DNA of 64,000 nucleotides from a bacterium. Lineage in GTDB: Bacteria; Verrucomicrobiota; Kiritimatiellia; RFP12; UBA1067. The stretch covers positions 3,170 to 67,169 of the forward strand of contig JAUNMP010000001.1 in NCBI GenBank assembly GCA_030537465.1, given 5' to 3'. Below the pieces are notes generated by a model that made no database searches, had not been told where the DNA came from, and saw only the letters and a program-made list of their open reading frames with translations. Shown piece by piece: positions 50,228 through 58,978 of this stretch; the stretch's first letter is position 1; each line of letters opens with the position of its first letter. Position numbers and translations under genes: made by a program.

Positions 50228-51640
50228 ATGAAAGTTTCGAGAAGAGGATTTCTTGGCGGCCTGGCGGCGGCGCCGTTCTTCGTTGGCGGATGCTTTGGTG
50301 GCGGGTATGCCGCTCCGCGCAGAGTGAATGCGAGCGATCGCATCAACGTCGCCATCATTGGATGCGGTACGCAGGCCTATGGAAATGTGAACCAGCTCCT
50401 GCAGGATCCGCGGGCGCGCATCACCGTCGTCTGCGACCCCGTCCACGAGGCGAAGACGGGGTACAGCTATGATGCGAAGAAGCCTGGCGGTTGCGTGCCG
50501 TTCAAGCAGAAGGTCGATGCGTGGTACAAGGACGTGTCCTGTCGGATGGTCGCGGACTGGCGCGATGTCATCGCCGACCCGACGATCGATGCTGTCGTCA
50601 TCTGCACGCCGGATCATTGGCACGCCATCATTTCGATCGCCGCGATGCGCGCGGGCAAGCATGTCTACTGCCAGAAGCCGCTCATGCTCTCCATCGAGGA
50701 GGGCATTGTGATGACGCGCATCGCGAAGGAGTGCGGCGTCACGTTCCAGGTCGGCAACCAGGGACGGAGCAATCCGGCGCGTCGGACGGCGAGCGAAATC
50801 ATCCGCAACAACGTGCTCGGCAAGGCGAAGAGCTGCATTGTCGGACTCCCTGGCGGCAGCGGCGGCAAGTGGGGACATCCCCTCGACACGACGCCGGTGC
50901 CGATTCCGGCCTACTTCACGAAGGAAATGTGGGATCTCTGGCAGGGGCCTGCGGCGCATTGGAAGGACAACGCCTTCATCCCCGGCATCCACGAGCCCAT
51001 GGCCTGGCGTTGGAACAAGCGCTATGGAAACGGCATGATCGCCGACTTCTCCCCGCACGAAGTCGATACGATGCACTGGGCGATGGGCCTCGAGCGTACC
51101 GGCCCCGTCGCCATCTCCAACATGGTCGCCGGCGAGTTCCAGGAGAATCGCGACATCTTCACCTGGGCGGGTTCGTTTGAGTACGACATGGAATACGCGA
51201 CCGGTTTCACCGCGCACGTGGTGAGCATGCGTCCCGGGGTGCCGCGCGGGCTGCTCTACCAGTGCGAGGAGGGAACGCTGGGACTCTACAGCAGCAAGAT
51301 CGAGATCCGCGACAAGAACGGCAAGGACATCGCCAAGGATGTGCTGCGCGACTGGAAGGCCGCCTACCGCAAGGAAGACTCGAAGATCACGCGCCTCTAT
51401 GCGCCAAAGGATGGACACTCCCATGAGAGTGACTTCCTGGACGGCATCTACGAGGGACGCCAGGTCTGCAGCGAGTGCGAGTTTGGCCACCGCACGACCA
51501 CGACGGCGCTACTGGCGAACATCTGCATCGTCGAGGGCAGAAAGGGCCTCAAGTGGGATCCGGTGGCGGAAAAGTTCGCCGACCCGACTCTGAACCGTCA
51601 TCTGTCCTGCGAATACCACAATGGCTGGAAGCTCGTCTGA
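50228..51640 (+). CDS. TAT-exported Gfo/Idh/MocA-family oxidoreductase
   Basis: TAT signal MKVSRRGFLGGLAAAPFFVGGC. Rossmann INVAIIGCGTQAYGN. The EKP-like motif CQKP follows. Confidence 0.8.
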   Translation: MKVSRRGFLGGLAAAPFFVGGCFGGGYAAPRRVNASDRINVAIIGCGTQAYGNVNQLLQDPRARITVVCDPVHEAKTGYSYDAKKPGGCVPFKQKVDAWYKDVSCRMVADWRDVIADPTIDAVVICTPDHWHAIISIAAMRAGKHVYCQKPLMLSIEEGIVMTRIAKECGVTFQVGNQGRSNPARRTASEIIRNNVLGKAKSCIVGLPGGSGGKWGHPLDTTPVPIPAYFTKEMWDLWQGPAAHWKDNAFIPGIHEPMAWRWNKRYGNGMIADFSPHEVDTMHWAMGLERTGPVAISNMVAGEFQENRDIFTWAGSFEYDMEYATGFTAHVVSMRPGVPRGLLYQCEEGTLGLYSSKIEIRDKNGKDIAKDVLRDWKAAYRKEDSKITRLYAPKDGHSHESDFLDGIYEGRQVCSECEFGHRTTTTALLANICIVEGRKGLKWDPVAEKFADPTLNRHLSCEYHNGWKLV

Positions 51641-51665
51641 CGCGCCGACGTGGAGGTCTGCAAAT

Positions 51666-52499
51666 ATGAACAATCCGATTTCCGTCTGTTCCTGGTCGTT
51701 TCAGAAGCCCATTCGGGCTGTGGCCGATGAAATGGAAAAGCTGGGCGTCCAGCATGTCCACCTCGCGCTGCAGCCGTTCCTCGAGGGTGATGCCCGTCAT
51801 GGTGCCGCCGAGGGTGCGCTCGCGAAGGGCTATGTCGAGGGGTTGATCGACGGTGGGAAGTGGAAGGTCTCGGCGTCCATGCTGTCCTTCTCCTACGAGG
51901 ACTACACGACGCCGGTCACCATCCGCAAGACCGGTGGCATCGTCCCCGACGAGCATTGGGAGGCGAACAGGAAGCTGATCCGCGAGGCGGCGAAGCTTGC
52001 CGTGCAGTTCAAGACGCCCTATCTCACGCTCCATGCCGGCTATCTTGACGAGAAGAGTCCCTCCGCCGTCGCGAAGTTCACGGACCGCGTGAAGTTCATG
52101 GCCGACGTCTGTGGCGAGAATGGACTCAAGCTGCTTCTTGAAACTGGGCAGGAGACCGCGGACGATCTGGTTCGTTTTCTCGGTACGGTGAAGAACGTCT
52201 GGGTCAATTTCGATCCGGCGAACATGCTCCTCTATGGGATGGGGGACCCTGTCGCGGCCGTTGCGAAGTTGGCGCCCTGGATCCTTCACGTCCATGCCAA
52301 AGACGCTCTGCCTTCACCTAAGCCTGGCATGGAGTGGGGAACGGAGGTCCCGTGGGGAGAGGGCAAGGTCAACGCGAAGGCTTTTCTTGCCGCACTTGAA
52401 GAAATGGGCTACAAGGGGGCGATCGCCGTTGAACGTGAGGGCGGGTCACAGCGGGCGGCCGACATCGCGCTTGCCGTGTCCCGCCTCAAAAACTCGTAA
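51666..52499 (+). CDS. Sugar phosphate isomerase/epimerase (xylose-isomerase-like TIM barrel), cytoplasmic
   Basis: No signal peptide. AP_endonuc_2-like barrel blocks (LTLHAG, LLLETGQE). Co-operonic with the Gfo/Idh/MocA gene. Confidence 0.65.
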   Translation: MNNPISVCSWSFQKPIRAVADEMEKLGVQHVHLALQPFLEGDARHGAAEGALAKGYVEGLIDGGKWKVSASMLSFSYEDYTTPVTIRKTGGIVPDEHWEANRKLIREAAKLAVQFKTPYLTLHAGYLDEKSPSAVAKFTDRVKFMADVCGENGLKLLLETGQETADDLVRFLGTVKNVWVNFDPANMLLYGMGDPVAAVAKLAPWILHVHAKDALPSPKPGMEWGTEVPWGEGKVNAKAFLAALEEMGYKGAIAVEREGGSQRAADIALAVSRLKNS

Positions 52500-52597
52500 G
52501 GGCGTCGGTTGGTTGTTCGAAAGTCCGTTATTTGATAAAATACGGTTCGGTTTTCCAGCTGATTGTTTTTGTTTCGGGAAGAAAAGATTTGACCGCT

Positions 52598-54436
52598 GTG
52601 GCCACAGACTGGCAGAATGCGCGGGAGGTCCTTGAAGGGGGCCTCCTAAGCGTCATTATGCCCGTCTACCATCTGGCGGACACGATTGAGTCCAACCTGG
52701 AATCCGTTGTCGCGTGTCTGGATGCGGGTGGCATTCCATATGAACTCGTTCCCGTTGATGACGGGAGTGGCGACGGCACTGCTGATGCCATCCGCCGTGC
52801 GGCCGCGAAGCGTCCCGAGATCATTCGCCCGATTCTGCTGGAAAAGAACGCGGGCAAGGGCAATGCGCTCAAGGTCGGTTTCCGTGCCTCGCGGGGAAGC
52901 TATGTACTGCTGCTCGACGGCGATCTCGATATCGCTCCGCGGATGCTGCCGAAGTTCTTCGACTCGATGGTCGCGAACAAGAGCGACATCGTCGTGGGAT
53001 CGAAGCGGCATCCTGAATCTTCCGTACAGTACCCGTGGCACCGCCGTCTGGCAAGTGGGATCTACTTTGGACTGGTTCATCTGTTCATTGGCCTGCCCGT
53101 CACCGACACGCAGACGGGCATGAAACTCTTCAGGCGCGGTCCTCTCGGCGAGGCCCTCGACCGCATGCTTGTGAAGACCTATGCCTTCGACCTCGAATTG
53201 TTGTCGATCGCGTTCGAACGCGGGGCGAAGATCAGCGAGGCGCCGGTTGAGATCCGCTTCGGCTCGAAGTTCGGCGCGCTCAAGGTTCGAACAGTGCGCG
53301 AGATGTCGCATGACACGCTTGCAGTCTTCTATCGGCTTCGCCTGCTCCATTACTACGCAAAGGTCGAGGTGCCGCCGGCGTTGGAACGCCCTCCGTTGGT
53401 GAGCGTCGTCATTGCGTGTCCCAGCGGAAGTTGGATGCTTGACGAGTGCCTAAGGGCTCTTTCCGAACAGACCTACCGAGATCTCGAGGTCATCGTTCTG
53501 CCAGACTCCGAAATCGAGGGATTGGACTCTTCTTTCCCCTCGGTTCGCCAGATTCCCACGGGGAAGGTGCGTCCCGCCGAGAAGCGCAACGTCGGCATCG
53601 AAGCCGCGAAGGGCGAAGTCGTCGCCTTCATCGACGACGACGCCTACCCCGAGTCCCATTGGATCGAGAACGCCGTCAAGTATTTCGGCAATCCCGAGAT
53701 TGGCGCAGTGGGAGGACCTGGCGTGACGCCTCCAGGAGACTCTTTCCTCGCGAAGATCGGCGGACGAGTTTACGAGAATTTCTTCGTAAGCGGCACCTAT
53801 CGGTATCGCTATGTCGGCGGACGCGTCCTGCGTGACGTCGACGATTATCCGAGCTGCAATCTCTTCGTGCGCACGGACCTGCTGCGGTCCTTTGGTGGCT
53901 ACCGCACGGATTTCTGGCCGGGGGAGGATACGCTGCTCTGCCGGTCTATCGTCTGCGAAGGGAAGAAGCGCATTGTCTACGATCCCTGGACGATCGTGTA
54001 CCACCATCGTCGTCCGCTCTTCGCGCCGCATCTGCGCCAGCTGGGGCGCTACGGTTTCCATCGCGGCTATTTCGTGAAGCGCTTCCCTGAGAATTCGTTC
54101 CATCTGGCCTATTTCGCGCCGTCTGCTTTTTCCATCTACACGGTGCTTCTTGCGGTCCTGTGGGGAGCGGCTCTGCTCTATCCCGTGACTTCGGAACGTG
54201 AAGTCGCGCTTATTGTCCCGTGCCTCTTCCTCCTCACTTTGCCGATGGCGCTTTATCTGCTGTTGACGGGGCTGAGTTCCTTCGCCTGGAATCCCGTCCG
54301 ATGGCTGTTGACCTGGCTGGGGGTCTTTCTCTCCCATGTCTGGTATGGAATTCGTTTCATGCAGGGGCTTTGTGCGCGCAAGGCGCCTTGTGAGTATATT
54401 GGCAAGGACCATGGTTCGTCAAAGGGGGCGAAGTGA
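52598..54436 (+). CDS. Membrane glycosyltransferase with two tandem GT2 domains and C-terminal TM helices
   Basis: Domain 1 has LSVIMPVYH...DDGSGDGT...DGDLD (DxD). Domain 2 has VSVVIACPS...VIVLPDSE...FIDDDA. 4-5 C-terminal TM helices. The start is uncertain (GTG 52598 or ATG 52658; the ORF is open from 52532). Confidence 0.7.
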   Translation: MATDWQNAREVLEGGLLSVIMPVYHLADTIESNLESVVACLDAGGIPYELVPVDDGSGDGTADAIRRAAAKRPEIIRPILLEKNAGKGNALKVGFRASRGSYVLLLDGDLDIAPRMLPKFFDSMVANKSDIVVGSKRHPESSVQYPWHRRLASGIYFGLVHLFIGLPVTDTQTGMKLFRRGPLGEALDRMLVKTYAFDLELLSIAFERGAKISEAPVEIRFGSKFGALKVRTVREMSHDTLAVFYRLRLLHYYAKVEVPPALERPPLVSVVIACPSGSWMLDECLRALSEQTYRDLEVIVLPDSEIEGLDSSFPSVRQIPTGKVRPAEKRNVGIEAAKGEVVAFIDDDAYPESHWIENAVKYFGNPEIGAVGGPGVTPPGDSFLAKIGGRVYENFFVSGTYRYRYVGGRVLRDVDDYPSCNLFVRTDLLRSFGGYRTDFWPGEDTLLCRSIVCEGKKRIVYDPWTIVYHHRRPLFAPHLRQLGRYGFHRGYFVKRFPENSFHLAYFAPSAFSIYTVLLAVLWGAALLYPVTSEREVALIVPCLFLLTLPMALYLLLTGLSSFAWNPVRWLLTWLGVFLSHVWYGIRFMQGLCARKAPCEYIGKDHGSSKGAK

Positions 54437-54486
54437 GCGTCCCAAGGCGACCAATGGAATACTAAGGACAATCTAGGAGACTAATC

Positions 54487-55089
54487 ATGGACGACAAGAT
54501 CATCATCGCAATCTGGATTCTGGCTGCCTATCTGATCGGCGGCATCCCCTTTGGCTTCATCATCGGCAAGATGCGTGGCGTCGATGTGCGGACCGTTGGA
54601 TCTAAGAACATCGGCGCCACCAATGTCTATCGCACCGTGGGGCACAAGTGGGGCTTTCTGGCTTTCTTCTGTGACTTCCTCAAGGGACTTCTTCCGACGC
54701 TGGCCGCGATTCACTGGATGCCAACGGGTTTCGACCCAGTCTACGTCGGCCTTGCCTGTGTCATTGGCCACACGCTTACCCCCTACATGAAGTTCAAGGG
54801 GGGGAAGGGCGTGGCGACGGCCTTCGGCATGCTGATGGCGCTGATTCCCTGGTTGGTGCTGATCGCCTTCGCGTTGTTCGTCGTGACGGTCTGGGTGAGT
54901 CACTACATCTCGCTCGGCAGTTGTCTGGCCGCGCTCTTCCTCGCGGTGGCGATCTGGATTCCGATGCCCATCGTCCATCCCTCGCTGCCTCTGCAGATTG
55001 TGATGACTCTGCTCGGCCTGTTCGTCGTGATCAAGCACAAGAGCAACATCGTGCGCCTCGTGAAGGGCTGCGAGAACAAGATCTACTGA
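54487..55089 (+). CDS. plsY: Glycerol-3-phosphate acyltransferase PlsY
   Basis: GSKNIGATN motif. ~200 aa with 5-6 TM helices. Confidence 0.9.
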   Translation: MDDKIIIAIWILAAYLIGGIPFGFIIGKMRGVDVRTVGSKNIGATNVYRTVGHKWGFLAFFCDFLKGLLPTLAAIHWMPTGFDPVYVGLACVIGHTLTPYMKFKGGKGVATAFGMLMALIPWLVLIAFALFVVTVWVSHYISLGSCLAALFLAVAIWIPMPIVHPSLPLQIVMTLLGLFVVIKHKSNIVRLVKGCENKIY

Positions 55090-55098
55090 GGTCGTGGC

Positions 55099-58000
55099 AT
55101 GAAGAACCCGTCCGTCGCCAAGATTCACATTCTGTTCTCCGGAATCCTGCTCCTCTCGGTGGCGTGCCTGGGTGGGAAGGATTTTGGAGATTTCTACACC
55201 CGGGCCTGGTACCTGGTGGTGGACAACCCCGGTCCGGCCAAGTCCCTTTCCTGGAAGGTCTTCAACGTCGCGCCGCCTGGAACCTACGGGAATAATGTCG
55301 AGGACAAAAAATACGGGTACGAAGTCCGTCGCGAGACGGCTCCTCGGCGGATCGATACGCCCTGGATGGAGGTCTGCTTCAAGACGAATCTCCCCATTTC
55401 GTCGATTCGGATTCGTCCCTCCGTTGTCCCCGGAGAGGAGTTCGACCTCTACGGCGCGCGCCTCTATCTGCTCGACAAGGATCGTCGGATCGTCTGGCAT
55501 CACCGCGTATGGAATGCCGATGGACAGGTTGACTACGATGCCGGCATCGAGTTCTCCGACCGTGACCAGCTGGGGCAGATTCTCCCACGGCGCGAATTCC
55601 GTTCCGGTCTCGTGTCGGCGCCTGAACCTCCGAAACCTGCGAACATGCGCATGCACTTGGCGAAGGCGCTGTTCAACCCCGAGGCCCTTGAACGCGCCAT
55701 CAAGGCTTATGCCGCGCAGCATCCCGATCTGTACACAGATCAGGAGGAGCTGCTGCGGGAGCTGTCCGCCGTCCAGGCCAATCGTGATGAGAAGGCCATT
55801 GATGATCTCTCGCGCAAGGTCTTCCTGCGGCTTCCCGCGTTTCGCCGCTTCTCGGACTTTCTGGCGATTCGTCGTGGTGATGCCAATGCCATGGGAATGC
55901 CGGCGAACTGGCAGGGCAATTCGTCTGTCCCGGTCTGCGGCTATTCGAATGCCCTTGTCCGCGTGAAGCTTCTCGGCGATCAGACGAAACTGCTCGAGAG
56001 CGACTCGTTCATCGGCGATCTCGCATTGGACTACGATCTGACGAAGGTGGCGTTCTCCACCCGCAAGCCGGAGGAGGCGAAGAAGGGACCCGCCGTCAAG
56101 AATGGTTCGCATGGCGGCATCGGCGAGAGCGGCTGGTGCGTGGCCGAGATGGATCTTGACCGTCCCGGCATCATCCGCGAGCTGACGCCGACCAACACGC
56201 CGGACATCGACTACTATGACCCGATGTACCTTCCCGATGGCAAGATGTTCCTCGTCGGCACGGTGGGTTTTCAGGGAGTCCCCTGCGTGGGCGGCGCGGA
56301 CCAGGTCGGAAATCTGATGCTCCGCTACACGGATGGCCGTCTACGTCGGTTGAGCTTCGATCAGGACAACAACTGGAATCCGGTCATGCTCCCGAACGGG
56401 CGCTGCCTCTATCTGCGCTGGGAATATACGGACAGCGCGCACTACTTCGCGCGCATTCTCATGACGATGAATCCTGACGGCAGCGATCAGCAGGAGTTCT
56501 ACGGTTCCAACTCCTATTGGCCCAATTCCCTGTTCTTCACGAAGCCGGTGCCGGGATCGTCGACCAAGTTCTTCGGAATCGTCACCGGACACCATGGCGT
56601 TCGCAGGAAGGGCGAACTCGTCCTCTTCGATGTCGCCAAGGGACGCCGCGAGGAGAAGGGCGCCGTCCAGCGTCTGCCGGGCTGGGGTAAGCCGGTCACG
56701 CCAGTGACGGCAGACCGGCTTGTCAACGACGCGCGTCAGTTCTTCCTCCACCCCTATCCGCTCTCGGAGGAGGGCGTGCTGGTGGCGATGCAGGACTACG
56801 CGCACGCGAAGCACTTCTTCATCGCCTACGTGGACATCTACGACAACCAGTGGCCGATTCTTGTCTCGGAAGACGACTCGTTCAACTATCTGCAGCCGCT
56901 GCCGATCGAGAAGCGCGAGAAACCGTTCGAGGTTGCGCAGCGTGTGGATGAAACGAAGAAGACGGCATTGGTCAACCTCGTCAACATCTACGACGGTCCG
57001 GGATTGGCCGGTGTGCCGAAGGGGACCGTCAAGAAACTCCGGGTGTTCAACTACGAGTACTGCCCCCGCAAGAGCGGCAAGAAGAACTGCGGTGGTCATT
57101 ATCTGATTGGCATGGAGGGCCCCTGGGACTGCCGTGTGATGATCGGCGAAGTCGACGTCGAGGCCGACGGCAGCGCGCTCTTCGAAGCCCCCGCCAATGT
57201 GCCGCTTGTCCTGCAGCCTCTCGACGCCGAGGGAAAGCACCTTCAGGAGATGCGCAGCTGGTTTGCCGCGATGCCGGGCGAAACGGTGTCTTGCCTCGGC
57301 TGCCATCAGGACCAGAATGCCGCGCCGCCGGCGGGACGGCGGACGATTGCCTCCCAGAAGGCTCCGCAGCAGATCAATTCCTGGTATGGCCCTCGCCGCA
57401 ACTTCGATTTCGCCCGCGAAGTCGCGAATGTCGTCGAGCGTCGCTGCAGTGGATGCCACGATGGTACGCCGGAGAAGAAGAACGTCCTCGGTCAGCTTCT
57501 CCCCAAATTGAATGGCACGCCTCGTGAGATCTACGACAACCTCCATCCCTATGTCCGCCGCAACGGACCCGAGGGCGACTACCATCTGCTGACGCCGGCC
57601 GAGTTCCATGCGGACACCAGTGAACTCTGGCAGCGCCTTGCAGTAGGTCACCACGGGGTTCGGTTGACGCAGGAAGAAAAAGACCGTCTTCTGGCGTGGA
57701 TGAACCTCAATGTGCCATTCTACGGAACCTGGAGCGAAACGGGATGCCCCGATCCGCAGATGATCAGGCGTCGCCGCGAGCTTGAACGCCAGGTCGCGAA
57801 CATCACCTTTGATCCAGAGACCGTCTATAAGCCCTACGTGAAGGCTGCGTTTGAACTGCCGACCTCCGTGGACGTGCCTGCGGACCGTGTCATGTCTTCG
57901 TCTCCCGCCGACTCGGCGTTGAAGACGCCCCGCACGCTCTCCTTGCAGCTCACGGCAACGTCGGCGATTCGACTCCGCGCTGTCCCCGGTGGTATTTACA

Positions 58001-58668
58001 TGGGTGAGACGGAGGTGACGCTCGGCCAGATGCGGGCCTTTGATCCAACGTTCGACAACGGCGTCTATGACATGCACTACAAGGACCAGGTCAAGCGGGG
58101 CTACTATATGAACGACGACCCCGTCTTCGGAAAGCCCGAAAACGTCAATCTTCCGGCGGTGCGCGTCTCGTACGAACAGGCCACGGCCTTCTGCCGCTGG
58201 CTCTCCGAAAAGACCGGTCGCAAGGTGCGCCTGCCGACGGAGACCGAGTGGGAACGTGCGAGCGGTGTGCAGAAGGATAAACCGTTCCATTGGGGCGGTT
58301 TCGACGTCGATTTCTCGCCCTACGCAAATCTCGCGGACGTCACGCGCCGCGAGCTGGCCGTGACGGGAATCAATCCCAAGCCGATTCCCAATCCAGGGAA
58401 GGACATCGATTTCGAATTGAAGGATGACCGTTTCGACGACGGGGTGCTTCATCTCGCTCTGGTTGGGTCGTATAAACCCAACACCTATGGTCTGTATGAC
58501 ATGGTCGGCAATGCCTCAGAATGGACCTCGACAGATTTTGGGGAAGGGCGCAAGGTCACCAAGGGTGGGAGCTTCAACGATCGTCCGCACAAGGCGCTTC
58601 TTCGTTGGGGGTATCCAACGTGGATGCGGCCTTTTGATGTCGGGTTCCGTGTTGTCGTCGAGGAGTAG
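55099..58668 (+). CDS. Large exported multidomain protein: N-terminal discoidin-like region, PD40/TolB-like beta-propeller, two CxxCH heme-c-type motifs, C-terminal formylglycine-generating-enzyme (FGE/SUMF1) domain
   Basis: Signal MKNPSVAKIHILFSGILLLSVAC. Propeller blades LPDGKMFLVG, MLPNGRCLYLRW, MNPDGSDQQEFYG. CxxCH motifs SCLGCHQ and RCSGCHDG. FGE blocks VRLPTETEWERASG, YGLYDMVGNASEWT and KGGSFND. Confidence 0.75.
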   Translation: MKNPSVAKIHILFSGILLLSVACLGGKDFGDFYTRAWYLVVDNPGPAKSLSWKVFNVAPPGTYGNNVEDKKYGYEVRRETAPRRIDTPWMEVCFKTNLPISSIRIRPSVVPGEEFDLYGARLYLLDKDRRIVWHHRVWNADGQVDYDAGIEFSDRDQLGQILPRREFRSGLVSAPEPPKPANMRMHLAKALFNPEALERAIKAYAAQHPDLYTDQEELLRELSAVQANRDEKAIDDLSRKVFLRLPAFRRFSDFLAIRRGDANAMGMPANWQGNSSVPVCGYSNALVRVKLLGDQTKLLESDSFIGDLALDYDLTKVAFSTRKPEEAKKGPAVKNGSHGGIGESGWCVAEMDLDRPGIIRELTPTNTPDIDYYDPMYLPDGKMFLVGTVGFQGVPCVGGADQVGNLMLRYTDGRLRRLSFDQDNNWNPVMLPNGRCLYLRWEYTDSAHYFARILMTMNPDGSDQQEFYGSNSYWPNSLFFTKPVPGSSTKFFGIVTGHHGVRRKGELVLFDVAKGRREEKGAVQRLPGWGKPVTPVTADRLVNDARQFFLHPYPLSEEGVLVAMQDYAHAKHFFIAYVDIYDNQWPILVSEDDSFNYLQPLPIEKREKPFEVAQRVDETKKTALVNLVNIYDGPGLAGVPKGTVKKLRVFNYEYCPRKSGKKNCGGHYLIGMEGPWDCRVMIGEVDVEADGSALFEAPANVPLVLQPLDAEGKHLQEMRSWFAAMPGETVSCLGCHQDQNAAPPAGRRTIASQKAPQQINSWYGPRRNFDFAREVANVVERRCSGCHDGTPEKKNVLGQLLPKLNGTPREIYDNLHPYVRRNGPEGDYHLLTPAEFHADTSELWQRLAVGHHGVRLTQEEKDRLLAWMNLNVPFYGTWSETGCPDPQMIRRRRELERQVANITFDPETVYKPYVKAAFELPTSVDVPADRVMSSSPADSALKTPRTLSLQLTATSAIRLRAVPGGIYMGETEVTLGQMRAFDPTFDNGVYDMHYKDQVKRGYYMNDDPVFGKPENVNLPAVRVSYEQATAFCRWLSEKTGRKVRLPTETEWERASGVQKDKPFHWGGFDVDFSPYANLADVTRRELAVTGINPKPIPNPGKDIDFELKDDRFDDGVLHLALVGSYKPNTYGLYDMVGNASEWTSTDFGEGRKVTKGGSFNDRPHKALLRWGYPTWMRPFDVGFRVVVEE

Positions 58669-58676
58669 GCTGCCGC

Positions 58677-58967
58677 GTGGAAATTGTCGAAGTCCAGGGT
58701 GTTCAGGCCGAGGTCGCTCGCACGCTCTTTGCGCGGATGCGAGGGCTCATTGGCCGCAGCGGACTTCCGCCTGGTGTGGGAATGTTGATTCTCAAGTGCA
58801 ACGCCATCCATACGTTCTTCATGCGCTTCCCCATTGATGCCGTCTTTCTGGACCGCAATGATCAGGTTGTGAAGGTGGTCCGTGACATCCGCCCCTGGCG
58901 TCCTTTTGTCTGGGGCGGATGGCGGGCGAAGAAGGTCCTTGAATTGGATAGTCGAAACAGAGCATGA
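58677..58967 (+). CDS. DUF192 domain protein (COG1430)
   Basis: ARMRGLIGRSGLPPGVGMLILKCNAIHTFFMRFPIDAVFLDRNDQVVKV matches the DUF192 core (GLMgr..l..gmlF...iwMkntliplD.iFld). GTG start. Confidence 0.55.
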   Translation: MEIVEVQGVQAEVARTLFARMRGLIGRSGLPPGVGMLILKCNAIHTFFMRFPIDAVFLDRNDQVVKVVRDIRPWRPFVWGGWRAKKVLELDSRNRA

Positions 58968-58978
58968 TGGGAGGAATT

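Noticed and set aside
53276-53290. ggttcgaac (tRNA T-arm-like GTTCGAA motif)
   Set aside because: It lies inside the GT2 coding frame with no cloverleaf partners (no acceptor or D-arm complementarity). No tRNA genes were detected in the window.
56341-58452. 703-aa - strand ORF antisense to the FGE-domain gene
   Set aside because: Same reasoning. The + strand has FGE and propeller motifs.
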